A stretch of 29,274 nucleotides of DNA from Candidatus Saccharimonadota bacterium (GTDB lineage: Bacteria; Patescibacteriota; Saccharimonadia; Saccharimonadales; Saccharimonadaceae). The notes under the pieces are model-generated. The model did not search any database. It was given only the letters and a program-made list of their open reading frames with translations, and was not told the origin of the DNA. The stretch covers positions 1 to 29,274 of the forward strand of contig JAGQND010000001.1 of the NCBI GenBank assembly GCA_020428265.1. The letters run 5' to 3'. Made by a program: the position numbers and the translations under genes. This document shows positions 15,336 through 23,092 of the stretch, one piece after another. Position 1 is the first letter of the stretch, and each line of letters opens with the position of its first letter.

Positions 15336-16342
15336 ACGATACAACTATAGTCAATATAATTTCAATGGGTTTTGGTGTTTTGGTAATTGGCGGAGTTATG
15401 CTTGCTTTGTTTTATATGGACTATCAAAATCGTCGTCAGTACCGCAACTACATGAGTAAATATGCTGCCGATAGTGGTATGAAATTTGAACCCGGTAAGT
15501 CTGCTATGTTGGCGGGCGGAACATATACAAAAGGTAGTCCGGAGGATGTACTATCTGGTAGCCTACCACAGTCCGGCAATTCGTTTGTGTTGTATAGGCA
15601 ACATGAAACACGCGGACATGGCCGCAATCAGCAAAAGCTATATAGAACTGTTGTGAGGGTTACAACACCAGATATTGCTACGCATATGGTTGTTCGAAGT
15701 AAAGTGAACGTAAACACGAATAGTGGCGGTGATTTGTTGGCATATGATAGCAAAGGTCAAAAAATAAATTTCGAGGGTAATTTTTCGGAGTTTTTTGATG
15801 TATATGCTGCGCCCAGTAGTGAGGCTGATGTATATACTATGATGGCGCCTGATGCTATGGAGTATATTATAAGTAATTTTGCCGACTACGACATAGAGAT
15901 CGATGGAAGTGACGTGTATGTGTATCTATATTCGTTTAGTTCGGACTTAGGCATGATGGTAAAAATGTTGCCAGTTATAGATGAATTACTACGAAGATTT
16001 AAGCTACGTGCGGGCGACACTCGGCCGTCGGAATTTACGGGTTCGCCTGTAGCACGTACAGCCGTAGATGATGAGGGGCAGCGTAAACTTATTGGTAGAC
16101 GACCGTTTTATACTTACATGTTTAGGGCTGTAGTATTGTTTGCTATAGCTCTGGCGGGATTGTCATCAATATTCAAAGACAATCCTGATGTACAAAACAT
16201 GATACATTTAGCAATTGCTTTTACGCAAATTGGGTTTTTTACGGCCATGTTTATATTCCTGGTGTATTTTTTTCGCCATCGAGATTCATCACGCAAAAAA
16301 TATGAAGAGGAGAAAAAGAGGATAGATGAAAATAAGCAATAA
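15332..16342 (+). CDS. Hypothetical membrane protein (N-terminal TM, soluble domain, two C-terminal TMs)
   Basis: 336-aa ORF with an ATGA-type 4-nt overlap to the HAD gene; three hydrophobic segments. Confidence 0.75.
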   Translation: MNDTTIVNIISMGFGVLVIGGVMLALFYMDYQNRRQYRNYMSKYAADSGMKFEPGKSAMLAGGTYTKGSPEDVLSGSLPQSGNSFVLYRQHETRGHGRNQQKLYRTVVRVTTPDIATHMVVRSKVNVNTNSGGDLLAYDSKGQKINFEGNFSEFFDVYAAPSSEADVYTMMAPDAMEYIISNFADYDIEIDGSDVYVYLYSFSSDLGMMVKMLPVIDELLRRFKLRAGDTRPSEFTGSPVARTAVDDEGQRKLIGRRPFYTYMFRAVVLFAIALAGLSSIFKDNPDVQNMIHLAIAFTQIGFFTAMFIFLVYFFRHRDSSRKKYEEEKKRIDENKQ

Positions 16343-17501
16343 ATTATCGGAGCTAACTAAATACTTACTTAAAGACGAGGCCATAAGTGGCAAGCTAATT
16401 ATAATAGCTGCGCTATTGGCATTAGCGGCTGCTAATACACCGTTGGCACCGTGGTATGATGCATTTATACATACCAAAATAACGCTTGGTTTTGGTGACT
16501 GGGCACTTGCCATGAGCTTGCAGCATTGGGTGAGTGAAGGATTGATGGCGTTGTTTTTCCTAACAATTGGCCTAGAGTTAAAACACGAGCTGGTGCATGG
16601 TGACCTGCGCAAACCACGTGCAGCCGCACTACCTGTTATAGCTGCACTTGGTGGCATGTTGGCGCCGGCGCTTATATTCATGGCTTTTAATTACGGCATG
16701 CCGACTCTTCGCGGCTGGGCTATACCTACCGCTACCGACATAGCTTTGGCGGTGGGTGTTCTTACGCTACTTGGTAAGTCTGTGCCGTCGTCTGTGCGTG
16801 TGTTTTTGCTGGCACTGGCAATAGTAGATGACATACTGGCGGTGCTTGTAATAGCGCTATTTTATAGCGGCGGCATAGATGTCGTTGCACTGGCTATAGT
16901 TGGCGGTTTGGGTGGTGTGGTGTTGGCACTTGGTAGTGTTGGTAAGCTGCGTGTATGGTGGGTGGCGTTTTTGGGTGTAGCTATGTGGTATTTTATGTTG
17001 AAGTCTGGCGTGCATGCTACTCTTGCCGGCGCACTACTTGGTCTGCTACTACCTGTGGCTGCCAGTGGTCCTGGCGCGCAAGTGTCTAAACGTATAGATA
17101 AGGCTGTGGTGCCATTAGTAACTCTAGGTATAGTGCCGCTATTTGCATTTGTGAGTACTGGCGTGTCGTTTGATATGTCGCAGGTTAGCGGTGCGACTAT
17201 TGCAACGGTTGGTGGTGGTATTGTGTTTGGTTTTGTGGCGGGTAAGTTCTTGGGTGTATTGGCTGCTACGTGGCTGGCTGTACGACTTAAACTAGGCAAG
17301 CTTCCTAGCGGTATGGGCTGGAATCACGTAGCCAGTGTTGGAGCGCTGGCGGGCATAGGATTTACTGTGGCGGTTTTTGTAGCGGATTTGGCTTACATAA
17401 ATCCTGCTCAGCTGACTGTTGCTAAACTTAGCATATTGCTGGCATCTCTACTTGCGGCGCTGCTTGGGTTCGTGATTATTCGTTTTGTGCGCGTTAAATA
17501 A
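16326..17501 (+). CDS. nhaA: Na+/H+ antiporter NhaA
   Basis: LMALFFLTIGLELKHE, GWAIPTATDIA, LAIVDDILAV, SGVHATLAG, GKFLG, LAGIGFT. Confidence 0.95.
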   Translation: MKISNKLSELTKYLLKDEAISGKLIIIAALLALAAANTPLAPWYDAFIHTKITLGFGDWALAMSLQHWVSEGLMALFFLTIGLELKHELVHGDLRKPRAAALPVIAALGGMLAPALIFMAFNYGMPTLRGWAIPTATDIALAVGVLTLLGKSVPSSVRVFLLALAIVDDILAVLVIALFYSGGIDVVALAIVGGLGGVVLALGSVGKLRVWWVAFLGVAMWYFMLKSGVHATLAGALLGLLLPVAASGPGAQVSKRIDKAVVPLVTLGIVPLFAFVSTGVSFDMSQVSGATIATVGGGIVFGFVAGKFLGVLAATWLAVRLKLGKLPSGMGWNHVASVGALAGIGFTVAVFVADLAYINPAQLTVAKLSILLASLLAALLGFVIIRFVRVK

Positions 17502-17564
17502 TAACGTTAGCTATCGTATTGGGGTTTACTTAAAACCGGCTGTATGCTTAAATATTAAACTATT

Positions 17565-20084
17565 GTGATGAAGAGAATCTTGAAGCGAGTACTATATTTA
17601 ATATTGCCCGTAGTTATAGGTTTCTCTACTTACACAGGCCTGGTAGCCACCCCCACTGCCACCGCTCAAAACACAGACTGGATATCAGCAGAACTATACC
17701 CCATAGTTACTCCTGGCGCAGACTTATCTAAGTTCGATCAAAACAACTTTTGCTCTAGCCCCAAAGTAGAAGTGGGTGGCAATATGGTACAAGCTTGTGG
17801 CCACAACACCAAAGTTCCATATAGTGAAATCACACTGCCCGAAGACAACGACTCGGGCAGCTTGCTAGGTGTGAATATAGATGGCGCATGGCAGCCAGTA
17901 CGCACTGGTTTCGATCGTGCATATAGTGTAGGCAATACAGGGGATTTAATCGGCAAACGTTCCAACTCTGGCGCTAGCGAATTCCTGTACTACAAAAACT
18001 TCATGTCACGCCTAGTCCCCGCCGATAGCATAGATGGAGTGGAAAAATACAAACTATATGGTTCACCAGATTTCACACTAAAACTTAGTGGCATAGATAA
18101 AGTAAATGTAGCAGCTATAGCCACTAGCCAAAACAGTGAATGGCTGGCTATGTATGTGTCTAATGTTGGTGTACTGCGTATGAATACAGAAACACTCAAG
18201 ATGGAACTGGTGGCTCCTAAAATAGACCCCGAATATTCCATGACAGCCCACCACCTAGCTATATCTAATAGCGGCAAATATATAGTGGATAACAACATGG
18301 CTCCAACAATTGGACGCGTGTACAAGCTAGAGCCGAGTTGCACGAGAGAAATAGACGAACACACAGATTTATCTCAATTCACTATACCTTGTGCATACCA
18401 GATGCTGCCAAGCTCACAGCCGTCTAGCAGTGGCCCTGGACTGTATTATACATACACATACTTCACGCCAGATGATTCTGAAATATACTCGTACAGTGTA
18501 CATGGAAACACCATAAATGTGCGTGAATACATACCCCAACCACCCGAACCAACACCAGAGCCAGAAGTTGAGCACAAGCTAGACTACTTGGCGTTAGGTG
18601 ATTCTTATACTAGCGGGGAGGGGGATATACGGCAAGGCGCAAGGTTTTATATGCCGGGTACAAACGACGCAAAAGGGTGTCACCTAAGTATGCGATCTTA
18701 CCCCTATCTATTCATGGATTACTACAAAATAAATGAATATAGAATGGCCTCTGTGGCTTGTTCGGGAGCAAAGGTGGGCGCGGATTATATTGGTGATAAT
18801 AATAAATATATAGGACAGACAGAGGATGCAAAGAAAAAGATAAAATCTGACAATACAGCCAAGAAAACTGCCTTAAATAATAATATACCTGGTTACAATT
18901 TACAAATGGAATTCGTAAAAAAGTATAAACCAAAACTTATTACTGTTATGGGCGGAGGTAACGATGTGGGATTTTCGGATATTCTAAAATATTGCGCAGG
19001 ATTTAATCTGCTTGACTTCACTTGCGATTATTCAGAAGAAGGAACCGATCTCTACAATACGCTTAACGATAGTATAGCCAGTCAATATTTCACCAATAAA
19101 AAATTAATTGCAGATATACTGTCCGAGTCTCGCGGTACGCGTATTGCTATAATCGGATATCCTAGCTTTATAGCGACAGATCCAATTAGGCCTGATTCAT
19201 TTGATTGCGGCCTTGATGCTGGGCTACTAAACCAAAAAGAGCGCAAGATGATAAATGATAGAATTCATGATTTCAATACAATGCTAAAACAGCTAGCATA
19301 CGATATGCAGGTATCGTACGTGGATATCGAGAATTCACTCCGTAACGGTCGTGTGTGCGAAGGAGCAGCTTACGTAAATGGAATTTGGAGTGTAGGCGGA
19401 CCGACTAAGGCAGGCGACAATCCGGCAACTTTTCACCCTAGCGACTTTGGGCATAAAGCTATGGCGCAGGCCATCATCAAGTCTGACTTTTACCACAACA
19501 GTCAAATTCCCGATAATCCAAAAATGGACTATGGTAAAATTCTACACACTCGCACAGAAAATACTAATTTTATACAGAAGGTTGGTAATTTCTTCGTTGT
19601 TGTATTCCGTGCAATTACTAAGCCCAGTACAATGGTTAAGGTGACAGCGCATTCAAATCCAATAGACTTAGGGTCTTACATGGCAGATGGAACAGGAAGC
19701 TTAGACATTCGCATACCGATTAACAATATTCCACCAGGTCAACATGTCATAACAATAGACGCCACTGATCCTAACGGAGAACCTGTTAGATATTATCAGT
19801 TTATCGATATCGAAGACAAAACTGAAATTAGTGCACGTCAAGCCGTCAAGCCCGTATTGCACAGTCTTGATAGCTACGACACTACGAGTAGTAATCAATT
19901 TGAGCTATATGACAATAAAATTAAAGATAATAATACCAATGCAACAACCAATAACAGTCGACAAGAGCACGACTCAACAGGAACATATTCTACGAAAAGT
20001 ATGACTTTAATTTTAGTTATATTGATAAGTATGAGTATAATAGTGTTGAGATATGCAAAAGCAAAAACGAGAAAAAATAAATAA
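17565..20084 (+). CDS. Membrane-anchored SGNH/GDSL hydrolase with an N-terminal beta-rich domain and an Ig-like domain
   Basis: Signal/anchor; Pro-rich linker PQPPEPTPEPE; block I LALGDSYTSGEG; VACSGA; block III GGNDVGF; block V FHP; C-terminal TM and basic tail. Start is GTG 17565 or ATG 17568. Confidence 0.85.
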   Translation: MMKRILKRVLYLILPVVIGFSTYTGLVATPTATAQNTDWISAELYPIVTPGADLSKFDQNNFCSSPKVEVGGNMVQACGHNTKVPYSEITLPEDNDSGSLLGVNIDGAWQPVRTGFDRAYSVGNTGDLIGKRSNSGASEFLYYKNFMSRLVPADSIDGVEKYKLYGSPDFTLKLSGIDKVNVAAIATSQNSEWLAMYVSNVGVLRMNTETLKMELVAPKIDPEYSMTAHHLAISNSGKYIVDNNMAPTIGRVYKLEPSCTREIDEHTDLSQFTIPCAYQMLPSSQPSSSGPGLYYTYTYFTPDDSEIYSYSVHGNTINVREYIPQPPEPTPEPEVEHKLDYLALGDSYTSGEGDIRQGARFYMPGTNDAKGCHLSMRSYPYLFMDYYKINEYRMASVACSGAKVGADYIGDNNKYIGQTEDAKKKIKSDNTAKKTALNNNIPGYNLQMEFVKKYKPKLITVMGGGNDVGFSDILKYCAGFNLLDFTCDYSEEGTDLYNTLNDSIASQYFTNKKLIADILSESRGTRIAIIGYPSFIATDPIRPDSFDCGLDAGLLNQKERKMINDRIHDFNTMLKQLAYDMQVSYVDIENSLRNGRVCEGAAYVNGIWSVGGPTKAGDNPATFHPSDFGHKAMAQAIIKSDFYHNSQIPDNPKMDYGKILHTRTENTNFIQKVGNFFVVVFRAITKPSTMVKVTAHSNPIDLGSYMADGTGSLDIRIPINNIPPGQHVITIDATDPNGEPVRYYQFIDIEDKTEISARQAVKPVLHSLDSYDTTSSNQFELYDNKIKDNNTNATTNNSRQEHDSTGTYSTKSMTLILVILISMSIIVLRYAKAKTRKNK

Positions 20085-20487
20085 TCAAGTAATTCTAATA
20101 GTAGTAACCCTCATCTTGGCTGTATTTTTAGCTGGGGATTTAATTGGGCTTGGTGGCAATTTGCGATACTACGCAAACTGGATTATGTGCGGGCATAAAC
20201 CTCTAGTTGTAGATCATCCTTTTATGGCTTCTGGAGAATACAGCTACGGATATCGATCAACACTGCTTTATGGGCAGTATTATAGCCCTAGTGATCCATA
20301 TTTTTGCACTGCGCGTGATGCGGAGTTACATGGTTACTCATCGGATCATAGTACATTTACGTTAAGCGTAATAACATACGATGAACTAACCGAAAGCTAC
20401 AAGAAAAACCACGGTAAACCAGGGTATGAACGACTGTCTAAAATGGACTATCTCGTAAATGATCCGCTAGAATTCTTGAAAAAATAA
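20053..20487 (+). CDS. Hypothetical protein with N-terminal TM and two Cys
   Basis: 144-aa ORF; hydrophobic N-terminus; CGHKP and YFCT..AE.HGY motifs. Confidence 0.65.
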   Translation: MQKQKREKINNQVILIVVTLILAVFLAGDLIGLGGNLRYYANWIMCGHKPLVVDHPFMASGEYSYGYRSTLLYGQYYSPSDPYFCTARDAELHGYSSDHSTFTLSVITYDELTESYKKNHGKPGYERLSKMDYLVNDPLEFLKK

Positions 20488-20573
20488 TAGTATCGTATAG
20501 CGAAATCCGAACAATACACCCAAAACGTTGTATAATATACTCAACCTATCGTTACGAGTAGTGAGGTGAGGGC

Positions 20574-21203
20574 ATGAAAATGCGAGGGAAGTTCATAGCA
20601 GGTGCGGCAATGGTGATGATGCTGGGTGTAAGTGCGTGCAGCAATACACAGCCCAGCGAGCCGCCAATCACGATTACCGTGATGCCGACGCCGCAAACAA
20701 CCAGTGTGCAGCCGACACAGACCACATCGGAGCCAGCATCGCCAAGTGAAACCACACAGGTGACAAATTGCAGCTCCGAAACGGGTCAGTGGAACACGGA
20801 ACCCGATAGCACAGATGTGCGTCAGGGATTCGGCGAAGTACTAGACGTGCGCACCGCGCGTCACGAATGCTTTGACCGCGTGGTAATCGAGACCACCACG
20901 CTGGACGAAGTTGGATTCCAGGTGCAGTATGTGCCGCAGGTGACCCGCGAAGGCTCCGGCGAACCAGTACCAGTGCCAGGCGCTGCAGTACTACAGGTCA
21001 CGGTGGACACTTGGGGCTACAACTTCACACGCTGCCAAGTTGCGGCGGGCTGGGAATCGTTGCGTGACGTACAATGCGCCGGTACACATGAAGGGCAGAC
21101 GGCATTCGCCCTGGGCGTATCCGCACGCAAGCCATTCGCGGTATACCACCTGCCCAACCCCAACAAAGGCACCATGCGCGTAGTCATCGACATCGCGCAC
21201 TAA
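20574..21203 (+). CDS. Lipoprotein with an actinobacterial-type AMIN-like domain
   Basis: Lipobox LGVSA|C; Pro/Thr linker; DVRTARHECFDRVVIE and final RVVIDIAH; upstream GAGGTGAGG; GC-rich. Confidence 0.75.
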   Translation: MKMRGKFIAGAAMVMMLGVSACSNTQPSEPPITITVMPTPQTTSVQPTQTTSEPASPSETTQVTNCSSETGQWNTEPDSTDVRQGFGEVLDVRTARHECFDRVVIETTTLDEVGFQVQYVPQVTREGSGEPVPVPGAAVLQVTVDTWGYNFTRCQVAAGWESLRDVQCAGTHEGQTAFALGVSARKPFAVYHLPNPNKGTMRVVIDIAH

Positions 21204-21210
21204 GTGCCAC

Positions 21211-21237
21211 ACCGTCCTTGCAATATAGGGCGGTTTT
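21211..21237 (+). terminator. Intrinsic terminator
   Basis: ACCGTCCT...AGGGCGGT stem (one G-U pair) followed by TTT. Confidence 0.6.
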
Positions 21238-21271
21238 AAATTGCCACCAAAAGTAAGATATAATATATACA

Positions 21272-22504
21272 ATGACCAAGAAACTAAAAGTAAGCATAGT
21301 AGACGAAAATACACTGGCGTTGCAAGAAGCTGGCAACAAAGGTGACCTGATAGACCTAACTACCTTGCACGATGCCGATATAGACAAAGCGACTATAACG
21401 AGCGTAGTAAATAGCATCAAAAAAGATGCTTTTGAAGATGCGCTGCGAAAAGAAGCAGCCAACCTAAAACGTGAAATGGAATTACAAGCACAACTAAAGG
21501 AACAGCAACTGCAGCAGCAGATTGAAACACTACGCAAAGAAAAAGACCAAGACACCAAGCTGGCTGTAATAGAGGCCACAACCAAGCTAGAAAAAGAGCG
21601 CGACCAACTAAAAAATGACCTACGTGTCAAAGAAAGCGAAAAGCAAATAGCTGAAGCAAACTTAAAAGATAAATATGAAACACAAATCAAAGACCGTGAG
21701 CAAACAATTGAGCGCATGAAAGACATGAAGGCTAAGCTAAGTGTAAAGCTAATTGGCGAAAACCTGGAACAGCACTGCCAAAATGAATTTAATGCAGTGC
21801 GCACTGGTCAATTCCCGTACGCATACTTTGAAAAAGACAACGAAGCTGTAGTAGGTATTGGCGAAACAAAAGGTACCAAAGGCGACTACATATACCGCGA
21901 CTACGACGCGCCAGATGGCACAGAATTTATAAGCATAATGTTTGAAATGAAAGACGAGCAAGATGATGGTGGCAGCAAACGCACCGTAGAAAGCCACCTA
22001 AAAAAGCTCGATGCTGACCGCTCTAAAAAAGGCTGCGAATACGCCGTGCTAGTGACACTACTTGAAGCCGAAAATGAACTATACAACCGCGGCATAGTGG
22101 ACTTGTCGTACAAATACGACAAAATGTACGTGGTGCGCCCACAGTTCTTTTTGCCGCTGATAAGCTTACTCAAAAGCGCTAACCTAAAGTCACTAACAGC
22201 CAAACGTGAACTAATGGCACTACAAGATCAAAATATAGACGTAACAAATTTTGAAGAAAACTTAGAAGATTTTAAAACGGCATTTGGCAGAAACTACGAA
22301 CTAGCTGGGCGTAAATTTAGCGAGGCCATAGAAGGCATAGACAAAACCATAAAGCAGCTAGAAAAAACCAAAGCATCGTTACTGTCTAGCGAGAACAATC
22401 TACGCCTTGCTAACGATAAAGCCCAGGACATAACTATAAAAAAGCTAACACGTGGCAACCCAACCATGGCACAGAAATTTGAAGACGCAAAACATGAAAA
22501 TTAA
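21272..22504 (+). CDS. DUF2130 family protein (coiled coil plus RmuC-like nuclease-fold domain)
   Basis: Long coiled coil; [42 protein letters not shown]. Confidence 0.85.
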   Translation: MTKKLKVSIVDENTLALQEAGNKGDLIDLTTLHDADIDKATITSVVNSIKKDAFEDALRKEAANLKREMELQAQLKEQQLQQQIETLRKEKDQDTKLAVIEATTKLEKERDQLKNDLRVKESEKQIAEANLKDKYETQIKDREQTIERMKDMKAKLSVKLIGENLEQHCQNEFNAVRTGQFPYAYFEKDNEAVVGIGETKGTKGDYIYRDYDAPDGTEFISIMFEMKDEQDDGGSKRTVESHLKKLDADRSKKGCEYAVLVTLLEAENELYNRGIVDLSYKYDKMYVVRPQFFLPLISLLKSANLKSLTAKRELMALQDQNIDVTNFEENLEDFKTAFGRNYELAGRKFSEAIEGIDKTIKQLEKTKASLLSSENNLRLANDKAQDITIKKLTRGNPTMAQKFEDAKHEN

Positions 22505-23048
22505 CTATCTAACCACTAACGAATTCAAGTTCAAAATAGCACAAAATTATTTTGATAAACTACCAAACTACACACTAGTACAACATGATTTTGACACGCC
22601 AGAGATCCAACACGATTTGTGCGAAGAAATTGCGCGGTACTCAGCCGTTTATGCAGCACGGCAATTAGGTGAGCCGTGCGTTAAACTAGACGCTGGATTC
22701 TTCATAGAATCGCTAGGTGGATTTCCCGGACCATTTGTAAAATATGTAAATGATTGGTTAAGTGAAGAAAAGTACATAGCACTACTAAGCAGTGAGCAGA
22801 ATCGCAAAGCATACTTTGTGGATGCAACAGCCGTAGCACTACCAGACGGAACGTCTAAAGTATTCACCAAAAAATACTACGGAACCATAGCAAAACCCGG
22901 GGAATACAAAGCATCTAAATGGCCAGCAAATTCGTTATTCATACCAGACGGCCACAACATACCACTAAGCCAGTGGAGCGACGCCGACCAAGAATCCTAC
23001 TGGGGTGACGGACTATGGCCAGACGTTGTAGAGTATCTATCTAGATAA
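22494..23048 (+). CDS. Divergent Ham1/RdgB-fold nucleotide pyrophosphatase
   Basis: [32 protein letters not shown]. Start re-placed at ATG 22494, overlapping the DUF2130 stop. Confidence 0.8.
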   Translation: MKINYLTTNEFKFKIAQNYFDKLPNYTLVQHDFDTPEIQHDLCEEIARYSAVYAARQLGEPCVKLDAGFFIESLGGFPGPFVKYVNDWLSEEKYIALLSSEQNRKAYFVDATAVALPDGTSKVFTKKYYGTIAKPGEYKASKWPANSLFIPDGHNIPLSQWSDADQESYWGDGLWPDVVEYLSR

Positions 23049-23077
23049 CACTCGTACGACTATATGCTATCTTAATT

Positions 23078-23086
23078 TGCTATACT
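23078..23086 (+). promoter_or_regulatory. Extended -10 element (TG-C-TATACT), leaderless-type spacing
   Basis: TGCTATACT ends 6 nt before ATG 23093. Confidence 0.6.
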
Positions 23087-23092
23087 AGCCAT

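Noticed and set aside
16289-17299. Antisense ORFs over nhaA (130 aa and 145 aa)
   Set aside because: Shadow ORFs caused by the strong G/T codon bias of nhaA.
21184-21804. 206-aa antisense ORF
   Set aside because: Ser/Leu/Phe-rich mirror of the DUF2130 coiled coil.
22452-22493. Longer N-terminus for the Ham1 gene
   Set aside because: It overlaps DUF2130 by 53 nt, and the fold begins at MKINYLTTN (22494).
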